Positions 18,036 to 29,609 of a DNA stretch of 64,000 nucleotides are shown here, one piece after another; the first letter of the stretch is position 1; the number at the start of each line of letters is the position of its first letter. Source of the stretch: Candidatus Sumerlaeaceae bacterium (GTDB lineage Bacteria > Sumerlaeota > Sumerlaeia > Sumerlaeales > Sumerlaeaceae); the NCBI GenBank assembly GCA_049968255.1, contig JBMFRB010000003.1:256998-320997 (forward strand). Direction: 5' to 3'. Both the position numbers and the translations under genes were made by a program. The notes beneath the pieces were generated by a model. It was not told the origin of the DNA and did no database searches. It saw nothing but the letters and a program-made list of their open reading frames with translations.

Positions 18036-21000
18036 ATGCCCATGAACCAGCAGTTTTTGCGGCCGGCACCCCAAGGCCTCTATGACCCACAATTTGAACA
18101 CGACGCCTGTGGCGTTGGGTTTGTGGTCGACATAAAGGGCCGCAAGTCGCACGAAATCGTCGAGCAAGCACTCAGGATTCTTGTCAATCTGAGCCACCGC
18201 GGAGCCTGTGGTTGTGATGCCGAAACGGGCGACGGAGCCGGCATTCTCATTCAAATCCCTCACGAGTTTTTCGCGCGCGAGTGCGCCAGGCTGGGAATCC
18301 AACTTCCTGCGCCAGGCCAATATGGCGTCGGCGTGGCTTTTTTCTCTCCTAACCCGGGACACCGTGAGGCGTGCCAACGACGCATCGAGCAGGTCGTCGC
18401 AGAAGAAGGCCAGGAGTTCCTGGGCTGGCGCGACGTGCCCGTGCAGCCGCAATACATCGGCGAAGTCGCGCGCTCGGTCATGCCCATTATCCGGCAGTTC
18501 TTTATCAAAAAGAAAGGAATCTACGCCGGTCAGGATGTTTTTGAGCGTAAGCTCTACGTCATTCGTAAATGGGCCAATCGCCGCATTAAGGATGAACAGC
18601 TGCCTGGCTTTGAAATGTTCTACATGCCCAGTCTGTCGAGCCGAACAGTGATTTATAAGGGCATGCTCATGGCCAAGCAAATCCCGCTGTTTTATCCCGA
18701 CCTCACAGATCCGCTGGTGACGAGCGCGATCGCCCTAGTGCATTCGCGATTCTCGACAAACACATTCCCGAGCTGGGAACTGGCCCACCCTTACCGCATG
18801 ATTGCCCATAACGGCGAAATTAACACGTTGCGCGGAAACCGCAACTGGATGCGCGCGCGCCAGGCCACGCTCACCAGCGCGCTTTTCGGCGACGAAATTT
18901 ATAAACTTTTCCCCTTGGTGACAGAAACCGGCAGCGACTCGGCCACCTTCGACAATGCCTTGGAGTTCCTCGTCATGGGCGGCCGACCTTTGCCGCAAGC
19001 CGTCATGATGATGATCCCCGAAGCGTGGACGGGCAACCCTTACATGGATCCCGACAAGCGCGCATTCTACGAGTACCACGCCTGTCTCATGGAGCCTTGG
19101 GATGGTCCGGCAGCCATCGCCTTCACCGACGGCGTACGCATTGGAGCTGTGCTCGACCGCAACGGGCTGCGGCCTGGACGCTACTGGGTAACGGCCGACG
19201 ATCGTCTCATCTACGCCTCAGAAACAGGGGTGCTCGACATCCCCATTGAGAACGTGATCTACAAAGGCAAGATGCAGCCCGGTCGCATGTTGCTCGTCGA
19301 CACCGAGCAGGGGCGAATCATTGATGACGAAGAAATCAAGCGCAGCATAGCCACGCGTCATCCTTACCGCGAATGGGTCGCCAAAAATATCGTCGATCTC
19401 GACTCGTTGGCTGCTCCGCCGGAGAATTGCTGTCACGATCTCGACGACGAACAGGTCGTGCGGCTGCAACAAGCCTTTGGCTACACGCTCGAGGACCTGC
19501 GCATGCTCATGGCACCTATGGCCGCCAACGGCGAAGAAGCCATTGGCTCGATGGGCAATGACTCCCCGCTTGCCGTTCTTTCGTCGCGGCCGCACCTGCT
19601 TTACAATTACTTCAAACAGCTTTTTGCCCAGGTCACGAATCCCCCCATTGATAGCATCCGCGAAGAGATGGTGATGTCCACCGTCAATTATCTGGGCAAG
19701 TGGGGCAACATCCTCGATGAAGTGCCGCAGCACGCGCGCATGGTGCGCATTCAGCATCCGCTCATCACGAACGAGCAGCTGGATAAGTTGCGCAACCTAG
19801 ATCACGAACATAATCGGGCTATCACACTCCCCATGCTCTTCAACGTCGAGGCCGGCGAGCAAGGGCTTGAGGCGGCCATGGAAGAGCTTTGCGAACGGGC
19901 AGCGCAGGCGTGCCGCGATGGTTATGCGATACTTATTTTGTCCGACCGCGGCGTGGATGAAAAACATGCTCCTATTCCTGCGCTGTTGGCCACAGCCGGT
20001 GTGCATCACTACCTCATTCGCGAAGGGTTGCGCGGATTCGCCAGCCTTGTCGTAGAGACCGGCGAGGCGCGCGAAGTGCACCATTTCGCGCTGCTCATCG
20101 GGTACGGAGCCGGCGCAATCAACCCCTATTTGGCTTTCGAGACCATTGCCGACATGGTGCGCAATCGCACATTGCCTGCGGAGCTGCTGCCGCCAGTCGG
20201 TCTCACTGTCGAGCAGGCGATCAAAAATTACATCAAGGCCGCCGATAAAGCGATCCTCAAGATCATGGCAAAAATGGGCATCAGCACTATCCAAAGCTAT
20301 CAAGGCGCCCAGATCTTTGAAGCCATTGGCCTCGACAAAAGCGTGGTGGATAAGTACTTCACACACACAGCGTCGCGAGTGGGCGGGGTGAAACTCGACG
20401 CTATCGCGCGCGAGACGCTCATCCGCCATCACAACGCGTTCCACGAGGAGCGTTTTGCGCACGATGAGATCCTCGACTGGGGTGGGCAATATCATTGGCG
20501 TCGCGACGGCGAGCCACATTTGTTTAGCCCCGATGCCATTGCCAAGCTCCAGCATGCTGTGCGCATGAACGACTATGCGACGTTCAAGGAGTACAGCAAG
20601 CTCATCAACGATCAGAGCGAAGCGTTGTGCACGCTGCGTGGGCTTTTCCGCTTCCGCAAAGGCCAGCCGATCCCTATCGAACAAGTTGAGCCAGTTGAAT
20701 CCATCGTCAAGCGCTTCGCCACGGGCGCCATGAGCTTCGGCTCGATCAGCAAGGAGGCGCACGAGACACTTGCCATCGCCATGAACCGGTTGGGCGCAAA
20801 AAGCAACACGGGCGAGGGTGGCGAAGATCCCGAGCGCTTCAAACCAGATCCTAACGGCGATCTGAGGCGCAGCGCTATCAAACAGGTGGCAAGCGGGCGT
20901 TTTGGCGTCACCACGAACTATCTCGTGAATGCCGACGAGTTGCAGATCAAGATGGCTCAGGGCGCGAAACCTGGCGAAGGCGGTCAGTTGCCTGGTCACA

Positions 21001-22625
21001 AGGTGTTCCCGGAGATTGCGCGCGTGCGCCATTCGACGCCGTTCGTCGGGCTCATCTCGCCCCCGCCTCACCACGATATTTACTCAATTGAGGACCTTGC
21101 CCAGCTCATTCACGACCTGAAAAACGTGAATCCCTCCGCGCGCATCAGCGTGAAACTGGTGGCGGAAGTCGGCGTTGGTACTGTGGCTGCTGGCGTGGCC
21201 AAAGCTCACGCGGACGTCGTGCTCATTAGCGGGCACGATGGAGGAACCGGAGCGTCTCCGCTGACGTCGATCAAGCACGCCGGCATCCCCTGGGAGCTTG
21301 GACTGGCTGAGACCCAGCAGGTTCTCGTGCTCAACGATCTGCGCAGTCGCATCATCGTGCAGGTGGATGGTCAGCTCAAAACGGGGCGCGACGTGGCCAT
21401 CGCCGCGCTGCTCGGCGCAGAGGAATATGGCTTTGCCACAGCCGCACTCGTCTCGCTGGGCTGCATCATGATGCGCAAATGTCATTTGAATACCTGTCCA
21501 GTAGGTGTGGCCACTCAAGATCCTCGTTTGCGAGAACGTTTCGCTGGACGTCCCGAGCACGTGATCAATTTCTTCCGTTTTGTGGCTCAGGAGCTGCGCG
21601 AGATTATGGCCGAGCTTGGTTTCCGCACGGTGGACGAAATGATCGGGCAAGTGGACATGCTCGACGTGCAGCCGGCCATTGATCACTGGAAAGCCCGCGG
21701 GCTCGACTTCTCGCAAATCCTTTATCAGCCCCCGCGCAAACCCGGCGTGGAAATTCGCTGCGTCAAGGCGCAGGATCATGGGCTCGAGCAGGCCCTCGAC
21801 CATGAGCTTATCCGCCGCTGTCTCCCGGCGCTTGATCGCCTCGAGCCCGTGGCGTTCGAGATGCCGATTCGCAATGTGAATCGAACGGTAGGCGCCATGC
21901 TCAGTGGCGAAGCCGCCAAGCGCTACGCAGAAGAGGGAATGCCGCCAGAAACCATCCACATCAAGTTCCACGGCTCGGCGGGCCAGAGCTTCGGTGTTTG
22001 GCTCTACAAAGGGATCACCTTCGAGCTCGAGGGCGATGCCAATGATTATTTCGGCAAGGGACTGAGCGGCGGACGACTTATTATTTATCCGCCGCGCAAG
22101 GCGCGCTTCGTGCCCGAGGAAAACATCATTATCGGCAACACCTGCTTTTACGGCGCAACCAGTGGCGAAGCGTATATCCTTGGCCGCGCTGGCGAGCGCT
22201 TCGCCGTTCGCAATAGCGGTGCCAAGTGCGTCGTGGAAGGCGTAGGTGACCACGGCTGCGAGTACATGACAGGCGGTACAGTTGTCGTGATTGGCCCGAC
22301 CGGTCGAAATTTTGCAGCCGGAATGAGTGGCGGCATCGCCTTTGTGCTCAACGAGGATGGAAAATTCGAGCAGCGTTGCAACACCGCAATGGTGGATCTG
22401 GAAAGCGTCGAGGACCCAAAGGATATCGAGCTGCTCGAACTTATGCTTCGCAATCATGCCAAGCTCACCGGCAGCACCGTGGCTCAACGCATTCTTGAGA
22501 ATTTCGAGGACTACTTGCCGCGCTTCGTGAAAATCATGCCGCGCGACTTCCGCCGCGCGCTGCAACAGCTCGACGAGAACGCACGCGCTCAGGCCGAAGC
22601 CAAGCTCGTGCCCATCCCGGCGTAG
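18036..22625 (+). CDS. gltB: Glutamate synthase large subunit
   Basis: EHDACGVGF (catalytic Cys), [49 protein letters not shown] [3Fe-4S], GXGXG domain. Confidence 0.98.
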   Translation: MPMNQQFLRPAPQGLYDPQFEHDACGVGFVVDIKGRKSHEIVEQALRILVNLSHRGACGCDAETGDGAGILIQIPHEFFARECARLGIQLPAPGQYGVGVAFFSPNPGHREACQRRIEQVVAEEGQEFLGWRDVPVQPQYIGEVARSVMPIIRQFFIKKKGIYAGQDVFERKLYVIRKWANRRIKDEQLPGFEMFYMPSLSSRTVIYKGMLMAKQIPLFYPDLTDPLVTSAIALVHSRFSTNTFPSWELAHPYRMIAHNGEINTLRGNRNWMRARQATLTSALFGDEIYKLFPLVTETGSDSATFDNALEFLVMGGRPLPQAVMMMIPEAWTGNPYMDPDKRAFYEYHACLMEPWDGPAAIAFTDGVRIGAVLDRNGLRPGRYWVTADDRLIYASETGVLDIPIENVIYKGKMQPGRMLLVDTEQGRIIDDEEIKRSIATRHPYREWVAKNIVDLDSLAAPPENCCHDLDDEQVVRLQQAFGYTLEDLRMLMAPMAANGEEAIGSMGNDSPLAVLSSRPHLLYNYFKQLFAQVTNPPIDSIREEMVMSTVNYLGKWGNILDEVPQHARMVRIQHPLITNEQLDKLRNLDHEHNRAITLPMLFNVEAGEQGLEAAMEELCERAAQACRDGYAILILSDRGVDEKHAPIPALLATAGVHHYLIREGLRGFASLVVETGEAREVHHFALLIGYGAGAINPYLAFETIADMVRNRTLPAELLPPVGLTVEQAIKNYIKAADKAILKIMAKMGISTIQSYQGAQIFEAIGLDKSVVDKYFTHTASRVGGVKLDAIARETLIRHHNAFHEERFAHDEILDWGGQYHWRRDGEPHLFSPDAIAKLQHAVRMNDYATFKEYSKLINDQSEALCTLRGLFRFRKGQPIPIEQVEPVESIVKRFATGAMSFGSISKEAHETLAIAMNRLGAKSNTGEGGEDPERFKPDPNGDLRRSAIKQVASGRFGVTTNYLVNADELQIKMAQGAKPGEGGQLPGHKVFPEIARVRHSTPFVGLISPPPHHDIYSIEDLAQLIHDLKNVNPSARISVKLVAEVGVGTVAAGVAKAHADVVLISGHDGGTGASPLTSIKHAGIPWELGLAETQQVLVLNDLRSRIIVQVDGQLKTGRDVAIAALLGAEEYGFATAALVSLGCIMMRKCHLNTCPVGVATQDPRLRERFAGRPEHVINFFRFVAQELREIMAELGFRTVDEMIGQVDMLDVQPAIDHWKARGLDFSQILYQPPRKPGVEIRCVKAQDHGLEQALDHELIRRCLPALDRLEPVAFEMPIRNVNRTVGAMLSGEAAKRYAEEGMPPETIHIKFHGSAGQSFGVWLYKGITFELEGDANDYFGKGLSGGRLIIYPPRKARFVPEENIIIGNTCFYGATSGEAYILGRAGERFAVRNSGAKCVVEGVGDHGCEYMTGGTVVVIGPTGRNFAAGMSGGIAFVLNEDGKFEQRCNTAMVDLESVEDPKDIELLELMLRNHAKLTGSTVAQRILENFEDYLPRFVKIMPRDFRRALQQLDENARAQAEAKLVPIPA

Positions 22626-22685
22626 CTTCGGGGCTAAAGCGAAAAAATTCTCGGGCGCAATGTTAGGCCAACACACAGCGAGCAC

Positions 22686-22736
22686 CGTCGCGACGTGCAG
22701 CACGCTCTCGTGGGTCACGTCGCGACGCTTTTTATT
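22686..22736 (+). terminator. Rho-independent terminator after gltB
   Basis: 12-bp stem CGTCGCGACGTG / CACGTCGCGACG followed by CTTTTTATT. Confidence 0.65.
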
Positions 22737-22872
22737 GACGAAGCTCGTTCGCTCCATGTCATGTGAGACTAGGATATTCTGGCGTGCCATGGGCTCCGCT
22801 TGCAGCACCGGGAGGGTGCAGAAAAGGGATTGCCACGGAGGCGGCGCTAGCCAAAAGGGAGGGGCGGCAATC

Positions 22873-23526
22873 ATGATGCAAGCGGAACAGCGCCACAGAA
22901 CTGTCGGTAAGCTTCCCCTGCCACGTGGGGCGCAGCACAAATGCGTGTGGCGAGGGAAGGTTCACTTTCGCTGGTCGTTGGCGCTTGCTACCATTTCTTC
23001 GTTACTTTCCGCATGCTCCATGCTGCGTCCTCCTTTCGATGTGACCAGCCGTGGCCTCAGCGAAACCCTTCGCTTGCCCCCATCTGTCCACGCGACTCTC
23101 CAACGAAAAAGATTTCAGCTGCTACCTTCCGGCGAGGCACGCAAACCAACCAAGGTCTGGTGGTGCGTGCGTCCGGTGAACATCCCCGCTGGGCGGATGG
23201 CAGCCGCTGTCGGCTGGTATCACGAATGGATCCTGGCTCCGGGCTTTGAGAAAGGAGCTGATTTCGCTGGCTCGGATTCCGTTCGCGGCACGTGGCCACC
23301 TTCGCCTTTAGCCTTGCTACAACCGCTCCATGCCAACGAACACAAAGGGGCTGCGCTGGCACCCGAGACATATGCGCGCGAAATCAGGCGTGTGTCGCCT
23401 CAGCTTATACGCAAAGCCGCTGCTAATACGCCGCACGCTGGATTCTTCCCTTTTCCCTTTCACAATTGCAACACATGGGTTCGGAAAGTCATCCGAAAAG
23501 CGTGCACTTACGAGAATCAACTTTAG
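22873..23526 (+). CDS. Putative lipoprotein with permuted papain-like (His...NCN) motif
   Basis: Lipobox LLSAC, GWYHEWI and HNCNTWV; GGGAGG RBS before ATG 22873. Confidence 0.55.
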   Translation: MMQAEQRHRTVGKLPLPRGAQHKCVWRGKVHFRWSLALATISSLLSACSMLRPPFDVTSRGLSETLRLPPSVHATLQRKRFQLLPSGEARKPTKVWWCVRPVNIPAGRMAAAVGWYHEWILAPGFEKGADFAGSDSVRGTWPPSPLALLQPLHANEHKGAALAPETYAREIRRVSPQLIRKAAANTPHAGFFPFPFHNCNTWVRKVIRKACTYENQL

Positions 23527-23600
23527 CACTGGACACCGCGTGTGCCGCAGCGCTACGCTCCCGGGTGAATGTGAACTAACGAAAGGCGACGCTTTCGACA

Positions 23601-24047
23601 ATGTTGCAATTCAGCTCCAGTCCCTTGTGGAAAGTATGGAGACTAGTCGGCGTGCTCGTTGTGGCATTCGCGCTGACCGGCTGTGCGGGGCTTAGCTTCG
23701 GACGACGTTCTCAGCCTGAGTGGGTTGTGGCCTCCGCCACGGCTCCTTACCGCGCCGTCGACGTTCCGGGACGCCAGCGCCGAGAGGCGCAAAATGATGC
23801 GGAAACTCTGGCACGCCGCCAGCTGCTCAACGAAATTGGACGGATGCGGGTGACAGGCAAAAGCACCCTCAACGATCTCATCGCCCGAGATCCCCGGCTC
23901 CGTGCGGCTGTGCTCGACCTCGTCCGCACCGCTGAGGTCTACGATTGGCGGGTGGACGAGACGCGTGGCGAAGTTAGCGTAAGCATTCGCTTAGATCGCA
24001 ATCGCATCTGCGAACTTCTTGCCCCGAATAATGAAACCAGAAAATAG
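23601..24047 (+). CDS. Lipoprotein, LPP20-like
   Basis: Lipobox ALTGC; A..DA...ARRQL...I..MRV....T pattern. Confidence 0.7.
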   Translation: MLQFSSSPLWKVWRLVGVLVVAFALTGCAGLSFGRRSQPEWVVASATAPYRAVDVPGRQRREAQNDAETLARRQLLNEIGRMRVTGKSTLNDLIARDPRLRAAVLDLVRTAEVYDWRVDETRGEVSVSIRLDRNRICELLAPNNETRK

Positions 24048-24906
24048 CGGCGAGGCGACGACGTCGCGCCCCGAAACTGTTCTCATGGAGCCAGCGCACT
24101 GCCGTGTGGTGCTTCACTGTTCAGACATCCACGTGGGGCGGCGCTTTCAGCCTCAACCCGCAGAGGGCCTCATGCGAGCGGCGAAGCGTATCGCTCCTGA
24201 TGCAGTCATCGTTTCAGGCGATCTCACCATGCGGGCGCGCCAAGGTCAATTCCGCCAAGCCCGCGCGTTGCTTGATCGCTTGCCTCACCCCATGGTTGTC
24301 ATTCCGGGGAATCACGATATTCCGCTCTACAATTTGCCCATGCGTCTCCTGATTCCCTTTGCCAACTACAATCGTTGGATTGCGGAACTCGATGATGGCG
24401 TGCTGAATCTTGGCGTATGCGCTGTTTGGGCCGTAAACACGATCAACCCCTTCGTGCATCAGAAGGGGAGAATTCTGGAGCAGGACCTGGAGGCAATTGA
24501 GCGTTGGTCGGGCTCACTCCCCCCCGATCTCTGGCGCGTTCTGGTGGTTCACCAGCACTTCGCCAACACTCCCGACAACCCACGGCCAGGGATTTATCGG
24601 CACGCTCGCGAGTTGCTGGCGCGCCTAGCTCGCGCTGGCGTCCATCTTGTGTTGCACGGACATGTTCACCAATCTGGCTTCCATTTGGCAAGCGAGCTCT
24701 TCGCCGAGTTTCCGCATCCCATGGTGGTTGCGGCTGCCGGCACAGTCTCAAGCGGTCGAACCCGCGGTGGGGAGCGACTTTATCAATTCAATTTGCTAAC
24801 ATTTGAGTACGAAAAGTTTTCTGTTCAGATCTGGAATTGGAATGCGGCACGAGGCGAGTTCGAGGCCGGCGAATGGCGAGAATTCCCACGAGCAATGTTT
24901 AGCTGA
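24019..24906 (+). CDS. Calcineurin-like metallophosphoesterase (CpdA/Icc-like)
   Basis: SDIH, SGDLT, PGNHD, HQH, LHGHVH; start may be ATG 24030 or 24085. Confidence 0.9.
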   Translation: MPRIMKPENSGEATTSRPETVLMEPAHCRVVLHCSDIHVGRRFQPQPAEGLMRAAKRIAPDAVIVSGDLTMRARQGQFRQARALLDRLPHPMVVIPGNHDIPLYNLPMRLLIPFANYNRWIAELDDGVLNLGVCAVWAVNTINPFVHQKGRILEQDLEAIERWSGSLPPDLWRVLVVHQHFANTPDNPRPGIYRHARELLARLARAGVHLVLHGHVHQSGFHLASELFAEFPHPMVVAAAGTVSSGRTRGGERLYQFNLLTFEYEKFSVQIWNWNAARGEFEAGEWREFPRAMFS

Positions 24907-24919
24907 CGCGGAGCACACC

Positions 24920-25657
24920 ATGCCCATCCTGACATATCACCACATTGGAGAGCTTCCGCCCACGGAGCGGGAGCATGCCGGTCTGTGGGTGAGCGCAGAA
25001 AACTTCGCGCAGCAGCTGGCATGGTTGCGTGCGAAAGGATTCGTCGGTTTGCGTGTGAGCGAACTTGCGCGTGTGCTGCGCGAGGGGCGCAAAGTGCCGG
25101 TCCGTTGGGTAGCTATCACGTTCGACGACGGATGGCGCGACAATTTTACGACGGCCTGGCCTCTCTTGCGCGAGTTTCGATTCCCCGCCACGATTTTTGT
25201 GACCACGCAGAAGCTGCGCTCTGGTGCCGTGGGCGACTCGCCCTTCGAGATGATGTCCGCCGATGAGCTCACTGAGTTGGCGGCGCATGGCATGGAGATC
25301 GGGAGTCACACGCGCACGCACCCGAAGCTTACGCGCTTGCCAGACGATGCTGCGCGCGAAGAGATCGCTGGCTCACGCGAAGACCTACGTCAGCTGCTTG
25401 GCGTGGCGCCCTCAAGCTTCGCCTATCCCTATGGTGCCCACTCGGCACGCATTGAGCGCCTCGTGCGCGAGGCCGGCTATTTCGCCGCTGTGAGCACTAT
25501 TCGCGATAATCGAGTTCACCCCGACCAGTTGTTTCATATGCCGCGCGTCATGGTCATGCGCACGACGTCGCTCCGGCGCTTCGCCTACATGTTCTCGTTC
25601 GCTTATCATGCTGTGCACAGTTGGAAGAATCTGAGTCGGTGGAGAGACGGCCGATGA
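24920..25657 (+). CDS. Polysaccharide deacetylase (CE4/NodB)
   Basis: PILTYHH, ITFDDG, IGSHTRTH, FAYPYG. Confidence 0.92.
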   Translation: MPILTYHHIGELPPTEREHAGLWVSAENFAQQLAWLRAKGFVGLRVSELARVLREGRKVPVRWVAITFDDGWRDNFTTAWPLLREFRFPATIFVTTQKLRSGAVGDSPFEMMSADELTELAAHGMEIGSHTRTHPKLTRLPDDAAREEIAGSREDLRQLLGVAPSSFAYPYGAHSARIERLVREAGYFAAVSTIRDNRVHPDQLFHMPRVMVMRTTSLRRFAYMFSFAYHAVHSWKNLSRWRDGR

Positions 25658-26766
25658 AGGTACTCCACACCAATTTCCTTCGCGGCTGGGGTGGCCAATC
25701 GAACCGCATCCTCACAGAATGCGTGGGGCTGGCAGCGCGTGGCTGGCAAGTACTACTCAGCGTGCCGCCTGGCAGCGAGCTGGCGAAGCGCGCACGCACC
25801 GCTGGCCTCGCTGTGGACGAATCCATCAGTTACGGCCCGCTCGTGAGGGCCCTCTTGGCCGGCGATGTGCGAAACTTCACCGCTCTGGTCGAACGTTTTC
25901 AGCCCGACATCATCCATTTGCACGGCGGACGCGACTCGTGGATCGCGGCCCTCGCGCTGGGCTGGCGCCAAAAGCGCCCTCTCATCCTTCGCACGAAGCA
26001 CAACGTCTTCCCTATCATCGGACACCCGCTAAACCGATGCCTTTATGGGCGTTTCTTCGATGGCATCGTGTGCATATCCTCGTCTATCGTGAAGCAGTGC
26101 GCCGACACCCGCTACATTTCGCCGGAAAAGCTGGTTCTCATCCCGAGCGCCTGCGACGCGGAGCGATTTGCCCGCGCTACCGAAGCCCGCGAGAAAAAGC
26201 GCGAGGAATTTGGTTTCCACCCAAGCGATGTGGTCATCGTCATGTCTGGTCGCTTCCGCCCAGAGAAGGGGCACGATATTCTTCTGGCAGCAGCGCCGCA
26301 TATTCTCGAGGCGCTACCCAACGTAAAATTTCTGCTGCTTGGAAGCGGTTCGCTGCAAGGGACCGTCGAAGCACGGCTGCGCGCGCAAGGTTTGTTCGGA
26401 TCGATTGTGCTAGCTGGGTTTCGCTCAGACGTTGCAGAGTGTCTTGCCGCTGCCGATCTTGCCGTGCAGCCATCCCGCTCAGAGGGGCTCGGAACAGCGG
26501 TGCTTGAAGCAAGTGCGATCGGCTTGCCTGTCGTGGCCACGGCGGTGGGCGGAATCCCAGATATTGTCGTGCATGGTGAGACGGGCCTTCTCGTTCCACC
26601 CGAAGATCCCGAGGCCCTCGCGCAGGCGCTTATTCAACTTGCCCAAAATCCCGAGCAGCGAGCTGCTCTTGGTCGCGCAGCACAGCAGCGTGTCGCCACT
26701 CTGTTTTCGGTCGAGCGCCTTATCGAATTGACCGACAACTACTACCGTCGTCTTCTCGGACTCTGA
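25654..26766 (+). CDS. GT4 glycosyltransferase
   Basis: WGGQ, GRFRPEKG, PSRSEGLGTAVLEA, GGIPDIV; ATGA overlap with the deacetylase. Confidence 0.93.
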   Translation: MKVLHTNFLRGWGGQSNRILTECVGLAARGWQVLLSVPPGSELAKRARTAGLAVDESISYGPLVRALLAGDVRNFTALVERFQPDIIHLHGGRDSWIAALALGWRQKRPLILRTKHNVFPIIGHPLNRCLYGRFFDGIVCISSSIVKQCADTRYISPEKLVLIPSACDAERFARATEAREKKREEFGFHPSDVVIVMSGRFRPEKGHDILLAAAPHILEALPNVKFLLLGSGSLQGTVEARLRAQGLFGSIVLAGFRSDVAECLAAADLAVQPSRSEGLGTAVLEASAIGLPVVATAVGGIPDIVVHGETGLLVPPEDPEALAQALIQLAQNPEQRAALGRAAQQRVATLFSVERLIELTDNYYRRLLGL

Positions 26767-26917
26767 AGTCACCCTTGTGCGTGCTTATCAACAATGCCCA
26801 ACGCCGAAAATGGCCCTGCATGCACGAACACTTGCCACGAGTAGATTGTTTCCTTCAAGCTAGGTTCACACAGATGCACAGTGCACCTGTTGAAGGTTAG
26901 CCGATGGAAAAGAACAT

Positions 26918-29608
26918 ATGAGCACAACGCCCCCATCGCCCGGTGGCACCCATTATCAACTCGATCTTGATCGCGTGCGTCGTCAGGAATTTCTCGCAAG
27001 CGCCAACGAGCAACTTCGCCAAGCGCGCGAACAGCATATCAAAGCGTGCCTTCGACGGGGCGGCATGCAAGCTTCCCAAGAGCTCGCGGCTGCCATGGAC
27101 GCCTTGCTCGTTCGCATTGCGGAGTGGGTCGTGCGAGAGGCAGGGCTCGGTCGCGCGGACTACGGGCGCGTGGCCATTGTGGCGCAGGGTGGCTACGGGC
27201 GAGGTCAGCTCAATCTTTTCTCGGATGTGGATTTGCTCCTGCTGCTTCCGGATAAGCCGACGCCCACAGAGCAAGCCTTCGCGACCAGTTTTCTTTACAT
27301 GCTTTGGGATTTGCGAGGCATTGAGCTGGGCCACGCAGCCAAACGAGTGGAGGAAGCGCTGAGTGCGGCGGGGAGCGATCTCGATTCCACGACCACGCTC
27401 ATTCACACGCGACTTGTCTTTGGCAATGCAGAGCTGCTCGAATCTCTACAGAAGGAGCTTGCTGCACGCCTGCAGGGGGCAAAGCGTCGCTGGTTTGTCG
27501 AGGCAGTCCTCGAATCTGCGCGCGCGCGTCACGAAAAATACGGCCGTTCCATCTACCTGCTCGAGCCGAATATCAAAGAAGGCGAAGGCGGACTGCGCGA
27601 CACTCATGCCCTGCTCTGGCTCAGCTACGCGCTGCTTGGCAGCGCAGAGTCGCACATGCTCGTTGGCCACGGCGTGCTAGAACCGAACGAACTTCTTGCC
27701 ATGGCCGACGCAGTGGATTTCCTCCTCTGCGTGCGGAGCCTTCTCCATGAGCTCGAAGGCCGCAAAGCTGACACTCTGACGCAAGGACGTCAGCCCGTCA
27801 TCGCGAAAAAACTGCATTATCGCTCCGACCCGGTGCTTCTCGCGGAGGAGCGCATGATGAAGGATTACTACCTACGCGCCCGGTCAATAGACCGCTACTC
27901 GCGCAAAGCCACACGCCTGCTCACCACCAAAGCACGAGGACTCTTCGCAACAGTATTCGACTCGATGCGCGAACGCTCGCTCGATGAACATTATGCGGCG
28001 CGGGGCGACATGCTTTATCTCAAAAAGCCCGACATTGCGTTTTTCCTCGAAGATCCACCACGCATCATGGAATGCTTCTGGCTAGCCGCGAGCACGGGGC
28101 TCACACTGAGCGATGAATTGAAGGACATCATGGTCCAGTCACGCACAGCCACGGCCACAGATCAATTCCGCGGCTCGCCGCGCTGCCGCGATGCGTTCAT
28201 GCGCATTCTCGCGCTCAAAAACGGCGCCGCCAGTGCGCTTCACCAGATGCACGAAACGCACGTGCTCATGGATTACATCCCGGAATTTCAGAAACTCTTC
28301 TGCCTCGTGCGTGTGGATTACTATCATCGCTATACGGTGGACGAGCACTCAATCAAAGCAATCGAAGTAGCGGAAGAACTCATCTCTGGCCGGGCCAAGG
28401 TGCCCCCCGATCTTTACGACGCTGCGCGAGCTATCCAGAGGTGGGACCTCCTCAACCTTGCGCTGCTGCTCCACGACATCGGAAAGGGCGAAGGGCATGG
28501 CCATGTTCTTCGCGGTGCTGGCATGTCCAAGCAGATTACACAACGCATGGGGCTGGCTCCTGAGGATCAGGAAGTCGTGCGCCTGCTTGTGGGACAGCAT
28601 TTGAAAATGGTGCATATTTCACAACGCCGTGATCTCAGCGACCCCGCCGTCATTCAAGACATGGCCAATGCCGTGGGCGACGAACAGCTCCTGGCAATGC
28701 TCTATGTGCTCTCGTATTGCGACACAAGCGCAGTAGGGCCAGAGGTATGGACGGATTGGAAAGCCGCGCTTTTGTCCGAACTCTATCGGCGCACTTGTCA
28801 GCTGCTGGCAGGCCACGAGCTCAAGCTTGAGCTCGACCCCGAAGAGCACGCTCAGCTCGTCGAGCAATTGGCCGCCACGCTGGGCGAACATGCAACACCC
28901 AGTGAGGTGCGCACTTTTCTCGACAACATGCCACCAAAGTATCTCAACACTGTACCGGTGGAGAAAATGGCGCAGCACTTTCTCATGCGGCGCGAGCTCG
29001 ATGATCACAATCGGGTCGTGTGGACAACGCACGATCCCGTGGGCATGAATTACACCGAGCTCACTGTGGTTGCGCGTGACGTTCCCGGTTTGCTCAGTGT
29101 CTTGTGCGGCGCGCTCAGCTCGCGAAAAATTAACATCCTTAGCGTGCAGGTTTACTCAACAAAGGATGGCTATGCCATTGACACCTTCCAAGTGACCGAT
29201 TTGCGCGGACATCGTTTGCCTCAGGGAATGCGGCTTGATCGCCTGCGACACGAAGTAAACCGTGTGCTGTGCGGTCAGGCCAAAGCGTCCGAACTCTTCC
29301 AGCATGTCGTGCCGAGGGTGCGTCCGAGATCCGAGGTGGAGGTCGTCAAGCCGCCGCAGATTCTCATCGATAACGACACCTCGCCAGCTTACACGATTGT
29401 TGAGGTGAAAACTTATGATCGCCCCGGGCTGCTTTACGATATCACCTCGATTTGCGCCGCTATGGGCTTCAATATCCATCTCGCCCTCATCACGACCGAA
29501 GCGTATCGCGTGGTGGATGTCTTTTATCTCACTGATACCGACAATAATAAGCTTACAGAACAGCGCATATTGAAGAAGCTCACGGACGCCCTCAAGCAGG
29601 TGGTATAA
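26918..29608 (+). CDS. glnD: [Protein-PII] uridylyltransferase / uridylyl-removing enzyme
   Basis: AQGGYGRG..SDVDL, EPNIKEGEGGLRD, HRYTVDEH, LLHDIGKG (HD), two ACT domains (DVPGLL, DRPGLLY). Confidence 0.96.
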   Translation: MSTTPPSPGGTHYQLDLDRVRRQEFLASANEQLRQAREQHIKACLRRGGMQASQELAAAMDALLVRIAEWVVREAGLGRADYGRVAIVAQGGYGRGQLNLFSDVDLLLLLPDKPTPTEQAFATSFLYMLWDLRGIELGHAAKRVEEALSAAGSDLDSTTTLIHTRLVFGNAELLESLQKELAARLQGAKRRWFVEAVLESARARHEKYGRSIYLLEPNIKEGEGGLRDTHALLWLSYALLGSAESHMLVGHGVLEPNELLAMADAVDFLLCVRSLLHELEGRKADTLTQGRQPVIAKKLHYRSDPVLLAEERMMKDYYLRARSIDRYSRKATRLLTTKARGLFATVFDSMRERSLDEHYAARGDMLYLKKPDIAFFLEDPPRIMECFWLAASTGLTLSDELKDIMVQSRTATATDQFRGSPRCRDAFMRILALKNGAASALHQMHETHVLMDYIPEFQKLFCLVRVDYYHRYTVDEHSIKAIEVAEELISGRAKVPPDLYDAARAIQRWDLLNLALLLHDIGKGEGHGHVLRGAGMSKQITQRMGLAPEDQEVVRLLVGQHLKMVHISQRRDLSDPAVIQDMANAVGDEQLLAMLYVLSYCDTSAVGPEVWTDWKAALLSELYRRTCQLLAGHELKLELDPEEHAQLVEQLAATLGEHATPSEVRTFLDNMPPKYLNTVPVEKMAQHFLMRRELDDHNRVVWTTHDPVGMNYTELTVVARDVPGLLSVLCGALSSRKINILSVQVYSTKDGYAIDTFQVTDLRGHRLPQGMRLDRLRHEVNRVLCGQAKASELFQHVVPRVRPRSEVEVVKPPQILIDNDTSPAYTIVEVKTYDRPGLLYDITSICAAMGFNIHLALITTEAYRVVDVFYLTDTDNNKLTEQRILKKLTDALKQVV

Positions 29609-29609
29609 T

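Noticed and set aside
21084-22940. 618-aa minus-strand ORF, and similar long ORFs such as 19797-21074, 8917-9885, 9892-10869, 11398-12282
   Set aside because: Antisense shadows of well-supported genes, expected in GC-rich coding DNA; no motifs
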